64,000 bases of DNA from Candidatus Woesebacteria bacterium. Its GTDB lineage: Bacteria > Patescibacteriota > Microgenomatia > UBA1400 > UBA1396. This document shows positions 27,985-39,827 of this stretch, piece by piece. Position 1 is the stretch's first letter. Each line of letters opens with the position of its first letter. The notes under the pieces are model-generated. The model worked only from the letters and a program-made list of their open reading frames with translations. It was not told the DNA's origin and did not search any database. A program made the translations under genes and the position numbers. The stretch covers positions 1,376 through 65,375 of the forward strand of contig CAVVNJ010000001.1 in assembly GCA_963749595.1 (NCBI GenBank), written 5' to 3'.

Positions 27985-28167
27985 GTTGAACCATGGTTGA
28001 AGACCTTGACTGTGGCATATTGTCTCATACCGCTTTGCACCCAAGAACGGGTATCGCGCGGGTGGAAAAAGGCTCGGTCCGGCTGACCGTTTCCCGGGTG
28101 AGTGCGCGACGCCATGAACTGACGTTGACGATGGTAAAGCCAAACATTTAGTCGATTTACCAGCCAA

Positions 28168-28847
28168 TCACTCCGGACGTTGGGCCAACCGGTGTTGTGG
28201 CGGCAGGCGCCGGCGCACGAATCGGCCTGCCTGGAAGCCGTTAGCGAGGTACGACCGAACCCAGGTGTTTCGCGCCAGGAGGTCAGTGGCGCGCTCGCCG
28301 GGACGGCAATAAACCGGAACCGCTTGGGTTAGTTCGCGGGCTTCGTAAAGGGTCTGCCGGTTAGGACTGGCAAGGCGAGCGCGCCCGCCTCCAACCAAAA
28401 TTGCAACACCAGTGGTCGGCCAGGGCGTGACCTTGACAACCAGTGTGACCGGTAGCGACCACTGATTAGACCGAGTCCCACCACCAACAGTCGGCTCAGC
28501 CACAAGCGGTTCGGATCAGTAATGATCATCAAGTCAATGTCGTCACGTTCGATTACCGAACCGGCCGCCAAGGCTCCGGTTACCCAAATTGACTGGATCC
28601 AAGGAACCAGGGAAATCTGGCTAACAGCGGCGGCGACCGTCCGCCATTTTTGGCACTCTATCTTAGTAACTGCTAATCGGGTAGGCATGGATAAATAGGT
28701 TGATATATTACGTAATTTATTCGGGTTCACTGGCCAACGGCTATGAAGAAAACGGCGGACGTAAGCCTGGGAGGGGTGAAAATTAAAACTGGCGGAGTAG
28801 GCCAGAGTACGCGCTATGGCTTCTGATAGTGATTGATCGGTTAACAC
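28168..28847 (-). CDS. hypothetical protein (nucleotidyltransferase-like core?), probable frameshift near 28365
   Basis: Two overlapping track ORFs in different frames (28329..28847 and 28168..28503). The first contains IWVTGALAAGSVIERDDIDLMIITD. The second ends ..LYEARELTQAVPVY..NTWVRSYLANGF. Confidence 0.4.
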
Positions 28848-28878
28848 TGCCTCAGCATCAAAGAGTCTGGCCCGAAAG

Positions 28879-30675
28879 TCAAGGTGCGAGCGACACCTGC
28901 CCGGCTGGAGCCGCCGGATTAGTCAGGGGTGCCGATGGCCGTTGGTGCTCAGCGCTGATATTGTACCGGGCCAATACTTGCTGAATTCCCGGCAGGATCT
29001 TGTTAAGGGAGTTGGCGGCGTTACCGGTCACCAACATTTCGTTAACCGCATCGGTATAGTACTGGGTCATTTGGTCGTTCAAGCCATCGTCATGAGTAGC
29101 GGAGGCCAAGAACCAAGAATCGGCGTAGAGAGCATCTTCCAGATAGGGTGCCACCAACGGGGTCTGCCCAAGTTCCGAGGCCATCTCGACCCGAGGATAA
29201 AGCTCGCCAAAACCGCGAACCGAGGTGGCCGCCGAATGAAATTGACGCAGCTGTTCAGGTTGACTCAGCCAGGCCAAAAACTTCCAGGCTTCGGCATTAT
29301 TGCTGGAGGCGCGGCTGACTCCCTCAGCCCAGTAGGTGGCCCAAGCCAGGCGCTCGCCACTCAGACGGGGAGTTGGCGCCACGCCAAAGCGGAGATTAGG
29401 GTTAGCCCGCTGGATTTCAAAGATTCTCCAGGATGGGGCCAGGATCATCGCCACCTGCTCGTTAGCAAAGGCGAGGGTTGAGGCCGGCATGGTATCGTCC
29501 CAAACTTTATCTACCCGGTTAAAAATGGTGTAAAACTCCAAGGCGTGTTCGGCATTTTCCCCGACCGGGTTACCCGGCTGAGCCGAGTTTTGCAAAATCA
29601 TCAAGCCCAGGATGTCGGAAAAATGATCAACATTACTGGTGGTCCCCAGCGCGATCCCACCTCGCTCCAAACGTCCGTTGGTCCGAATGGTTAAGGAGGT
29701 AGCCAGAGCGCGAACCTGCTCCCAATCCGAGGGAGGCTGGGCGTTCGCCGCCTCCAACATCGACTGGTTGTACAGCAAGGCCAGACCCTCATACATCAGG
29801 GGTACGCCAATCACCTCCTGCCCGAGAACCATTTCCTTAGCCATCAGGGGGTAGTAATTTTGTTGCAGCTGCGCCGGGGCCAGAGTACTACTCGGGGCCG
29901 GAGCCAAATCAGTGGCCAACATTGGTACCCAAGTATTATGGAACCGGAAAATATCCGGACCAGTGCCGTCGCGGATCGCGGCTTGTAACCGCTGGCGGTA
30001 CTGGTCGCTGCGCTGCTGAACGTAGCTTATTTTGACGTTGGGATTTAATTGCTGATACTGGTCGATCAGGGGCTGCATGATCTCGGCCGGTTCCCACAAA
30101 CCCCAATAGGTGAGTTCAATCTGGCGGGCGGCGGGGGGGAGAGCAACTTCTTCCTGCTTGGGCCGTAAAAAGATCCAGGCCACCAGACCAAGAATAATTA
30201 CCAACAACAAACCGCCGCCCGCTAACAACAAACCTCGGTAGCGACTCCAGAAAGGAACGGTCACACCCTTGGGCGGGGGGGCAGCTGACCCACCTGGTGG
30301 TTTCATCGTCATTGTCGCCGGCTCCGCTGGAACGGCACTAGGCACTGAAACGGGGGGAGCTGGGCTTATTGCCGGGGCGATCAGAATTCCAGGCGCCGGA
30401 GCCGGAGTAGCGCTGGGGCCCTGGAAAGGCTCGGGACTGACGGCCTGCAGGTTTTGCAAAAAACGGCTGGAAATCTGAGCCGATGGCTCGATCGCTGAAC
30501 CAAGTGTAGGGGCCGAAACCTGAGGCACCGGCGGAACAGTTTGTGGTGAAGTCATGATGGGAGTCGCCTCCGGGAAGGGAGCGGTTGGTCGAACCAGCGT
30601 CGGCGCCAGACTAGTACCGACGACGTTCGCCGGCGGGTCAGCGGGATTGGGCAATAAAGTCTGTGTGTCAGTCAT
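28879..30675 (-). CDS. ABC-transporter extracellular solute-binding protein with Pro-rich N-terminal region and TM anchor
   Basis: The likely start is MTDTQTLL at 30675. About 165 aa of P/A/S/V-rich sequence are followed by a TM helix (LLLAGGGLLLVIILGLVAWIFL) and then an SBP-like domain (ELTYWGLWEPAEIMQPLIDQYQQLNPNVKISYV...). Confidence 0.7.
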   Translation of the reverse strand: MTDTQTLLPNPADPPANVVGTSLAPTLVRPTAPFPEATPIMTSPQTVPPVPQVSAPTLGSAIEPSAQISSRFLQNLQAVSPEPFQGPSATPAPAPGILIAPAISPAPPVSVPSAVPAEPATMTMKPPGGSAAPPPKGVTVPFWSRYRGLLLAGGGLLLVIILGLVAWIFLRPKQEEVALPPAARQIELTYWGLWEPAEIMQPLIDQYQQLNPNVKISYVQQRSDQYRQRLQAAIRDGTGPDIFRFHNTWVPMLATDLAPAPSSTLAPAQLQQNYYPLMAKEMVLGQEVIGVPLMYEGLALLYNQSMLEAANAQPPSDWEQVRALATSLTIRTNGRLERGGIALGTTSNVDHFSDILGLMILQNSAQPGNPVGENAEHALEFYTIFNRVDKVWDDTMPASTLAFANEQVAMILAPSWRIFEIQRANPNLRFGVAPTPRLSGERLAWATYWAEGVSRASSNNAEAWKFLAWLSQPEQLRQFHSAATSVRGFGELYPRVEMASELGQTPLVAPYLEDALYADSWFLASATHDDGLNDQMTQYYTDAVNEMLVTGNAANSLNKILPGIQQVLARYNISAEHQRPSAPLTNPAAPAGQVSLAP

Positions 30676-30713
30676 TCGTTCTCTAAGTATAATAAACACG
30701 GAACAGTCGCACA

Positions 30714-32495
30714 ATGGATACCAAAATTATCAGGCTTCCCAGCCGATCGCCCTCGCGGCGCCCGGTTTGGTTAATGGCTGGCATATTGGCTTTCTTCTCC
30801 GGATGGCTCATGGCCTATACTTTTTGGACCCGGGCGCCGCGCATCGTCCGGGGTGTCTCCGTGGCCGGCGTTTCCGTCTCCGGCTTGACGGTAAAAGAAG
30901 CCAAGAAGAAATTGCTGGAGACTCTGCCGCCACCAGCGGTCGAGACAATATCCATCGAGTATGAAGATCGTCGCTGGGCAACCAGTGCTGCCGCTTTAGG
31001 TATCCACCGGGATTACGACGGGGCCCTGGCCAAAGCAATTCAGCAGGGGCGCCGTAGTAATATCCTGGCGCAACAATCTCTGGAACGGGCCCAACTGCTC
31101 GCTCAACCCAGCAATCTCGATTTGCCCTGGAAGCTTTCTGAAACTGAAGTCCGATCTTGGGTATCGGCGATCGCCACCGAGCTAGCCATCACTGGTCGAT
31201 CACCCTCCGCCAAAGTCACCGCTTCAACTTTCCTAATTGATCCTGGCCAATTTGGTCAGCAACTAAACCAGGAACAGTTGGTCGCCGACATTCTGACTCA
31301 TCCCGAACAGCCCACGGCCTTTTCGGCCCCAGTAGAACCAACCGTTATCCCGCTCTCGGCTGATGGGCAAATTCGGGCAGAGAGTCGCTTAAAAAGACTC
31401 CGGCCAGCCAAAATCATCTTATCCGTTGGCAACGATGAACCCAAAATCACGCTCGCAGCGGCCGACTTTTTTCCCTGGATTATTTTGCCGGACGGCTGGC
31501 AGCGGGAAAAAATTTCCACTTACGTTGATCAGCTGGCCACTCGTCTGGATCAGGAAGTGGTCAACGCGGAATTTGAACGCGACCCCGCCAATAATCAGAA
31601 GCTGAAAAAATTCCAACCGCAACGGGATGGTCGCGCGCTGAAACGCGACGAGTTGATCCAATCCCTGATCGAAACGTTCAATAAAATCGAGTCTGGTGGG
31701 TCCGAGACGAGCCAAGAGTTGCCGGTTCCGTTTACCGTGCTTTCCGCCCAAGTCACCCTGGAAAGCTTAAATAACCTTGGTATCAAGGAGCCGATCGGCG
31801 TCGGTCATTCCACTTTTTTTCATTCAATTCCTAACCGAGTGGCTAACGTGGCCCTAACCAGTCAGCGTCTAAACGCCGCGCTGATCGCCCCGGGAGAGGA
31901 CTTTTCTTTTAACCGGGTAGTCGGAGAAATTAGCAGTCGCACCGGATATAAACCGGCTTACGTCATTTCCGGAGGACGGACAGTTTTGGGTGACGGCGGG
32001 GGAGTCTGCCAGGTTAGCACGACTACTTTTCGGGCGGCGCTCGCGGCCGGATTGCCGATCAGCAAATGGAAGCCGCACAGCTACCGGGTGGGATACTACG
32101 AACAAAACACCCAACCGGGTTTTGATGCCACGGTCTATTCACCAAGCACCGATCTTAGTTTCCGCAACGATACCGGTCATTATTTGGTCATTGCCACCAA
32201 GATTGATGTCGAGAACCGGTATTTGACCATCGAAATCTGGGGCACCAGCGATGGAAGGAAAGCCGTCATCTCCGAATATAGTCTGACTAACCAAACTGGC
32301 GCGCCTGCGCCGGCCTATCTTCCGGACTCCACCTTGCCGCGGGGGACCACCCGACAGATCGATTTTGCCGCCCCAGGCGCTACCGCCCAGTTCACTTACA
32401 CCGTGACCGATAAGAACGGCCAAACCACTTTCAGCCGGAAGTTTGTCAGCCGTTTTCAAGCTTGGCGAGCCGTGTTTCTCGTGGGCACGCTTTAA
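30714..32495 (+). CDS. VanW-family protein with N-terminal TM anchor
   Basis: 593 aa. The C-terminal part, GYKPAYVISGGRTVLGDGGGVCQVSTTTFRAALAAGLPI..HSYRVGYYE, is VanW-like. Confidence 0.7.
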   Translation: MDTKIIRLPSRSPSRRPVWLMAGILAFFSGWLMAYTFWTRAPRIVRGVSVAGVSVSGLTVKEAKKKLLETLPPPAVETISIEYEDRRWATSAAALGIHRDYDGALAKAIQQGRRSNILAQQSLERAQLLAQPSNLDLPWKLSETEVRSWVSAIATELAITGRSPSAKVTASTFLIDPGQFGQQLNQEQLVADILTHPEQPTAFSAPVEPTVIPLSADGQIRAESRLKRLRPAKIILSVGNDEPKITLAAADFFPWIILPDGWQREKISTYVDQLATRLDQEVVNAEFERDPANNQKLKKFQPQRDGRALKRDELIQSLIETFNKIESGGSETSQELPVPFTVLSAQVTLESLNNLGIKEPIGVGHSTFFHSIPNRVANVALTSQRLNAALIAPGEDFSFNRVVGEISSRTGYKPAYVISGGRTVLGDGGGVCQVSTTTFRAALAAGLPISKWKPHSYRVGYYEQNTQPGFDATVYSPSTDLSFRNDTGHYLVIATKIDVENRYLTIEIWGTSDGRKAVISEYSLTNQTGAPAPAYLPDSTLPRGTTRQIDFAAPGATAQFTYTVTDKNGQTTFSRKFVSRFQAWRAVFLVGTL

Positions 32496-32515
32496 AAGAG
32501 GTACAATAGAAGACT

Positions 32516-33547
32516 ATGCCATTGGTTCTTGGACTATTGATCTTCAGCTTCTGTGTTACCAGCGCGTTCATTGTTCCGTTCATTAATACGCTGTACCGGA
32601 TCAAATTTCAGCGCCGTAAACAGATCACGACCGACGCTTTTGGGCAAAGGACCGCAATTTTTGACGCTTATCACAGTCATAAAGTCGGCGTGCCGGTTGG
32701 GGGAGGAATCCTGATCATCTCTGTGATCCTGGCGATTTTCGCCTTGGTTTTTCCGGTTCTCCGCTGGCTGGGAATCACCATCACTAATGTCTACCCCTTG
32801 GTGCCGGAAATTATCGTCCTCTTTTTTTCCTTTCTCTCTTTTGGGCTGATCGGCTTATATGACGACATCAAAAAGTTCTTTGGGATTCAAAAAACTAAGT
32901 TTTTTGGCTTGCGTTTGCGTCACAAATTGTTGCTCCAAATCGCCAGCGGTTTGATTATTGGCGCCATGATGTACTTCTGGTTGGGCATCAACTTTATTCA
33001 TATACCGTTCATCGGCCAGGTCCAGCTCGGCGCTTTCTTCATCGCTTACGCCGCCTTCGTGATCGTGGCCTTCGCCAACGCGGTCAACATCACCGACGGT
33101 TTGGACGGGCTGGCCTCCGGAGTCTTGCTTTTCTGTCTGTTTGGACTCTGGGTGCTGTCCGCGTCAATTCTGGACACCACTTTGTCGATTTTTGTCGCCT
33201 TGCTGATCGGATCGATTATCGCTTTCCTTTACTTTAATATTTACCCGGCCCGTCTATGGATGGGCGACGTGGGCGCGCTTTCGCTGGGCGCCGGTTTGGC
33301 TGTCATGGGTCTATTGCTTGGAAAAAGTCTAGCTCTCATGATTATCGGCGGCATTTTTGTCGCCGAAATTACCTCCAGCGCCTTACAGCTTTTGTCCAAG
33401 CGGTTCCGCAACCGCCGGATTTTCCCTGTGGCCCCGCTCCACCTTTGGCTGCAGTTTATCGGCTGGGAAGAGCCAAAGATCGTCATGCGCGCCTGGGTAA
33501 CCGGCATCATTCTGACCGCCCTCGGCGTCTGGCTGGCCATGCTCTAA
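32516..33547 (+). CDS. mraY: phospho-N-acetylmuramoyl-pentapeptide transferase MraY
   Basis: 343 aa, polytopic, with NAVNITDGLDGLASG and MGDVGALSLGA. Confidence 0.9.
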   Translation: MPLVLGLLIFSFCVTSAFIVPFINTLYRIKFQRRKQITTDAFGQRTAIFDAYHSHKVGVPVGGGILIISVILAIFALVFPVLRWLGITITNVYPLVPEIIVLFFSFLSFGLIGLYDDIKKFFGIQKTKFFGLRLRHKLLLQIASGLIIGAMMYFWLGINFIHIPFIGQVQLGAFFIAYAAFVIVAFANAVNITDGLDGLASGVLLFCLFGLWVLSASILDTTLSIFVALLIGSIIAFLYFNIYPARLWMGDVGALSLGAGLAVMGLLLGKSLALMIIGGIFVAEITSSALQLLSKRFRNRRIFPVAPLHLWLQFIGWEEPKIVMRAWVTGIILTALGVWLAML

Positions 33548-33558
33548 CAGCCTGACTC

Positions 33559-35317
<1,759 letters not shown>

Positions 35318-35650
35318 ACAACACTTTCTTCGGGTACGCCGACGCAAAAAACGCCGACCAAAACCGGAATGGTTTAAAAATTGAAAAATTACAGTGGAGT
35401 GTCGCGCTTTGGTACCGATTTACACGGGGGTTTGACGCTAACCTTAGTTGGACGACTGCACGCCCAGAGGGTTTCCATTGATACTCACTTTCCCAAAGAA
35501 AAGTGGTCCGACTGTGTTAAATGCGCCCCTCCTCCTCGTTACCCGCCGAAAAGTCCGCGGGCCAGATGCTCGTCAAAATGTTTAGATCCTCCACCTCCTT
35601 TCGAAACTAATCACCAGTCTAACATATCTTTCATATATACTGTATCTGGT

Positions 35651-37005
35651 ATGTCTACGGCCTGGCAACGATTTCAACAAGAAGTCTCCGGACGGAAGGT
35701 TTTGGTTTTTGGTCTGGGCATCCAGGGCGGGGGAGTGGCCGCCGCCAATACACTGGTCCAAGCCGGGGCGCAAGTGCGGGCGACTGACATAAAAACCGAA
35801 ACTGAACTGACCACGGCACTGACCGCGCTTAATCCCCAAGTAGTTGGCCGGTATGGCGCTCATTCGCTGGGAGACGTGGAATGGGCAGAAATTATTCTCA
35901 AAAATCCAGCCGTTCCGTTTTCGCACCCTTTAATCAGTCTGGCACTAGCACAAGGAAAAAAAGTCATTACCGAAACCACCTGGGCACTGCGTTATCTTCG
36001 TGATCAAGCCATCGGCATCACTGGAACCCGGGGAAAAACCACCACCTCTCATTTAATTCACGCTCTGCTACAAGCCGCTGGACGGCACCCAATTCTGTGT
36101 GGCAACATTCCCCAAAAACCGACCCTGTCCTTTCTACCGGAGGTTTCCGAATCGACACCGGTGGTAATTGAAATCTCTTCATTCCATTTGGAGTCCTGCG
36201 CCCATTGGCAAGTTTCTCCGCACCAGGCTGTGATTACCAACGTTTATCCCGACCACTTAAATCGCTATGAATCCTTGGCCGAATATGCTCAAACCAAGGC
36301 CTTAATTTTCCGTTATCAGCAAGCTGGCGATCACGCCTACTTTGGCCGTCACCATGACTGGGCCGATACTCTGGCGGAAGCAATTCAGCCTGGCGTGATC
36401 CAACACATTCTCACCAGAGATACTTTCCAATCAACCGCTGCTGCCTATCCCAGCCCCTTGCCCGGAGAACACAATCGGGAAAATTTGGCTTTCGCGATCG
36501 AGGTAGCCAGAACGCTCGGCGTCGATGAAGCCACTATTCACCATACCATCGCCCAATTCCGGGGCGTGCCTTTTCGGTTAGAAAAAGTAGCAATTAAGCA
36601 CGGGGTTACTTTTATCAACGACACTACTTCCACCACTCCGGTGGCTTTAGAAAAAGCTCTGGACGCAACGGTCGGACCCTACGTCTTGATCGCCGGGGGA
36701 GCCACCAAACATCTGCCGCTACCGGAATCGTTACTGCAGAAAATCCGCCGTCAGCCTCGCCAAATTATCTGGCTGCCCGGTTCCGGAACCAATGAAATTC
36801 TGGCTCAACTGGGTCCCATTCAACCACCGATTTCAGCCGATCTGAAGCCGCGGTCTCCGCTGCCTACGCCGCCGCGGTCGAACACAAAGCCGATACCGTC
36901 TTATTCTCCCCGGGTTTCACCTCGTTTGCCCAGTTCTTAAATGAATTCGATCGCGGCGAGCAATTCAACCACCTGGTAGAGGCCTTGCCGGAAACAGATC
37001 TATGA
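35651..37005 (+). CDS. murD: UDP-N-acetylmuramoylalanine--D-glutamate ligase MurD, 1-nt deletion near 36846
   Basis: MSTAWQRFQQEVSGRKVLVFGLGIQGGG..GITGTRGKTTT.. After ..ISADLK the true C-terminus (AAVSAAYAAAVEHKADTVLFSPGFTSFAQFLNEFDRGEQF..*) is in the next frame, with its stop overlapping the ftsW ATG. The first 90 codons of the 519-aa track ORF are non-coding read-through. Confidence 0.85.
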
Positions 37006-38135
37006 GCCTAGCCAACTGGTTTTTATCACCCTGGCGATTTTTCGGTTTGGTTTTGGGTCTCTCACTGTTCGGCCTAGTCTTGATTTATGACGTTTCGGTG
37101 GCCGAAAGCCTGCAATCGTTTGGCACGCCGTGGCATTTTGCGGCGCGGCACGCCGGTTGGATTGCCATCGGGACCGTCGCTTTCCTGGCCAGCAGTTGGC
37201 TTCGTCCGGATTGGTGGCGGCGGGCCGCGCCGCTTTTATTCACCGGGGTGATAGCTTTACTAGTCGCCGTGTTGATACCAGGAATCGGCCAACGCTTACA
37301 AGGGGCGCAGCGGTGGATAGTTCTTGGTCCGGCCGTCATTCAACCTTCCGAGTTTGCCAAGTTGGGACTAATTCTTTTTTTTTCTTCCTGGTTGGACAAA
37401 CACCAACGCTTTCCACCTTTTGCCCTCTTGACCGGCATCTTATTCGGTCTAATTCTGTTACAACCTAATCTCAGTACCGCTTTTATCGTGGTTTCTCTCG
37501 CTACCATTTTATTCTTTTTGGCCGGTGGGAACCTGAAACCGCTGCTTGGTTTTGGTGTTCTTGGTCTGTTTTTGCTCGCGGCCCTTATTGTCGCCGTGCC
37601 ATACCGCCGCGAGCGTTTAACTACCTTTCTCAATCCGGCCAGTGACCCTCTGGGTCGGTCGTATCACATTCGGCAGATTACCATCGCTCTGGGCCGGGGT
37701 GGTTTGTTCGGCCAAGGTATTGGCCTTTCCAAACAAAAACAGCAGTATATTCCGGAGGCCGCCACGGATTCCATTTTTTCAATTTATGCGGAAGAGACGG
37801 GCTTTATTGGCTCAACCCTACTACTACTGGTTTATGGCCTTTTGATTAACCTTGGTTTTACGGTCGCCGCGAGACAAACAACGCGCTACCGTTTTCTACT
37901 AGCCTCAGGAATAACTTCCTGGTTAGCCCTTCACGTAGCCTGCAACGTGGCCGCCATGGTGGCTCTTATTCCCTTAACCGGAGTTCCGTTACCTTTAGTC
38001 TCTTACGGGGGCTCGGCCTATCTCTCCTTAATGATCGGGCTGGGAATTCTCACCGGATTGCTGCGAACGTCACGCGATAATCCTCCAGATCACCGGTTGC
38101 TCCGTCGGCGGAAATACCCTAGGATAAAGTCATGA
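37002..38135 (+). CDS. ftsW: SEDS-family cell-division/elongation protein FtsW/RodA
   Basis: 377 aa, about 10 TM helices, with ..QPSEFAKL.., ..ATDSIFSIYAEETGFIG.. and ..GVPLPLVSYGGS.. Confidence 0.85.
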   Translation: MSLANWFLSPWRFFGLVLGLSLFGLVLIYDVSVAESLQSFGTPWHFAARHAGWIAIGTVAFLASSWLRPDWWRRAAPLLFTGVIALLVAVLIPGIGQRLQGAQRWIVLGPAVIQPSEFAKLGLILFFSSWLDKHQRFPPFALLTGILFGLILLQPNLSTAFIVVSLATILFFLAGGNLKPLLGFGVLGLFLLAALIVAVPYRRERLTTFLNPASDPLGRSYHIRQITIALGRGGLFGQGIGLSKQKQQYIPEAATDSIFSIYAEETGFIGSTLLLLVYGLLINLGFTVAARQTTRYRFLLASGITSWLALHVACNVAAMVALIPLTGVPLPLVSYGGSAYLSLMIGLGILTGLLRTSRDNPPDHRLLRRRKYPRIKS

Positions 38136-38785
38136 ATCGACGGCTTTGGTTTGTTTTGTTTGTGCCGCTGGCACCACTACTTCTCTTTTTACTTCTATCC
38201 GGCAGCGTTTGGCGGTTGCGAACTGTGCGCTTAAATCCTGCCGCCGCCAGCAGTAATACGGTTCTGGCAGCTGAAGCAGACGTGGCTCCCACCAACGCTA
38301 CCGGAACGCGTTCCGATGTTGAAACCGCTGACGCCCGGATCGACATTGTCGCCAATTTTTTACGTCGCCATGACTCGCCCCTGGCACCGCCGGAGTATTA
38401 TGCTCAAATTCTGGTGGAAACCTCTGATCGCTACAATCTGGATTACCGTCTTCTTCCGGCCATCATGATGCAGGAAAGCAATCTTTGTAAATCCGCGCCA
38501 GAAGGCACCTACAACTGCTTGGGTTTTGGAATTCACAAGGGCGGGACCCTCGGCTTTGAATCTTATGAAGCGGGCTTTGACCGCGCCGCGCGGGAGCTCA
38601 AAGAGCGTTATGTTGATATCGGTTTGACAACGCCAGAGGATATCCAAAAAAAATACACCCCATCCAGTAATGGTTCCTGGGCTTTTTCGGTTAATCAGTG
38701 GATCGTGGAAATGGAACACGATGACCGCCAACTAGCCCGAGAAGAGCGGAAGAATAATGACCTGCTTGAATATACCGATCAATAA
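38132..38785 (+). CDS. membrane-anchored hypothetical protein, possible muramidase/lytic-transglycosylase-like domain
   Basis: 217 aa with an N-terminal TM. ..YRLLPAIMMQESNLC...YNCLGFG.. is reminiscent of an SLT-type catalytic Glu context. Weak call. Confidence 0.4.
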   Translation: MNRRLWFVLFVPLAPLLLFLLLSGSVWRLRTVRLNPAAASSNTVLAAEADVAPTNATGTRSDVETADARIDIVANFLRRHDSPLAPPEYYAQILVETSDRYNLDYRLLPAIMMQESNLCKSAPEGTYNCLGFGIHKGGTLGFESYEAGFDRAARELKERYVDIGLTTPEDIQKKYTPSSNGSWAFSVNQWIVEMEHDDRQLAREERKNNDLLEYTDQ

Positions 38786-39812
38786 TATTCATTCAAAAAC
38801 TCATTCTCCGCGCCTGACCGTGATTATCTACGCGGTATTAATTTTTCTTCTAACCGCTTCTTCTGTTCGGGCTCAGGGCACCTTCACCTGCTTTCAGGGT
38901 GAAAGCGCTACCGGCGCATCCGCCTGGCTGGTCTCAACGGACAACTGCGATGCCAGTGGAGTACCAGATGCGAGTCTCTGTCCGGCCGCTTGCGAAGCCG
39001 ACCTTGATTGCCGGTTGGCCTCTACCCCGCCTCGAGAAGTCGGTGGCGTCCGCTGTAAATCGAGCGCCTCGGTCACTTTAGTTCCCTGGGGCGGCGCCTG
39101 TAATCCGGCCGACGCTACCCGAGTCTGTGATCCTGCCTCCTCATATGTTTTGTCATGTCAAAATAATCTTTGTCTAATTTCTCCAGCCGCTTCGCGGCTG
39201 CCATTGGGTGCCGAATGTAAGGCCACCTTGGAATGCGCTGGCGGTCTTTCTGGAACCCAATGTTTGTCTACCGGAGCCGGAGGAAAAACCGTTTGTACCG
39301 AAACCGGTTCGCTTGAAGCGGAAACAATTCCGGAAGGAGGAGCCTGTTCTGAAGATTGGCAATGCGATGGAAGTTTAGACTGTATCGACGGAATTTGTGG
39401 TGTCAAGCCGGAAGAAGATAGTGGTCCCAAACTTGGCGCCTTCGACTACTGCAAGCAGGTTCCCGATGGGGATCAACGCCAGGCCTGTGAGGACTGTCTT
39501 TCTCAGGGTGGAACCAGTGCCGATGGAACTCAAAAGACGGTTTATACCGCTGTAGGTTGTATTCATACCGGAGAAAATCTACTGGTGGCTGATCTGATAA
39601 CTTTGTTTTTAGGAGTCAGTGGGGGAATCGCCTTACTTAGCATTTTGGCGGCTTCTTTCTTATTCTCGACTTCCAGAGGGGATACTAACAAAGTCAAACA
39701 AGCCAAAGACTTAATGACCGCCGCGGTTTCTGGCTTGTTCTTTATTATCTTCTCGGTGATTATTCTTAACTTCATCGGGGTGCAGATACTAAGGATACCG
39801 GGACTAAGTTGA
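38757..39812 (+). CDS. secreted Cys-rich protein with C-terminal VirB2/TrbC-like two-TM pilin module
   Basis: 351 aa. A signal/TM segment (LTVIIYAVLIFLLTASSVRA) is followed by a Cys-rich head with more than 20 Cys. The C-terminus is LVADLITLFLGVSGGIALLSILAASFLF-STSRGDTNKVKQAKD-LMTAAVSGLFFIIFSVIILNFIG. Confidence 0.6.
   Translation: MTCLNIPINNIHSKTHSPRLTVIIYAVLIFLLTASSVRAQGTFTCFQGESATGASAWLVSTDNCDASGVPDASLCPAACEADLDCRLASTPPREVGGVRCKSSASVTLVPWGGACNPADATRVCDPASSYVLSCQNNLCLISPAASRLPLGAECKATLECAGGLSGTQCLSTGAGGKTVCTETGSLEAETIPEGGACSEDWQCDGSLDCIDGICGVKPEEDSGPKLGAFDYCKQVPDGDQRQACEDCLSQGGTSADGTQKTVYTAVGCIHTGENLLVADLITLFLGVSGGIALLSILAASFLFSTSRGDTNKVKQAKDLMTAAVSGLFFIIFSVIILNFIGVQILRIPGLS
39421..39812 (+). 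repeat. 392-nt direct repeat, copy 1 (3' module of the Cys-rich gene)
   Basis: Aligns without gaps to 40459..40850. I count 45 mismatches in 392 nt. Confidence 0.9.
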
Positions 39813-39827
39813 TGTTAAAATACAAGA

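Noticed and set aside
35381-35650. First 90 codons of the 519-aa 'murD' track ORF
   Set aside because: The sequence (..PPPRYPPKSPRARCSS..) is not MurD-like. MurD-type sequence begins at MSTAWQRF..GRKVLVFGLG (35651). The upstream part is read-through of the intergenic region.
35318-35650. glmS ribozyme, RNase P RNA or tmRNA in the long intergenic region
   Set aside because: The short strings UUGACGAG, UUUCGGCGG and (on the plus strand) GAAAAGUCCGCGGGC resemble pieces of these RNAs. However, the order and pairing partners do not fit the known cores. An RNase P RNA starting there would overrun murD. No T-loop or acceptor-like 3' end for a tmRNA is present. I kept it only as a low-interest 'check with cmsearch' item.
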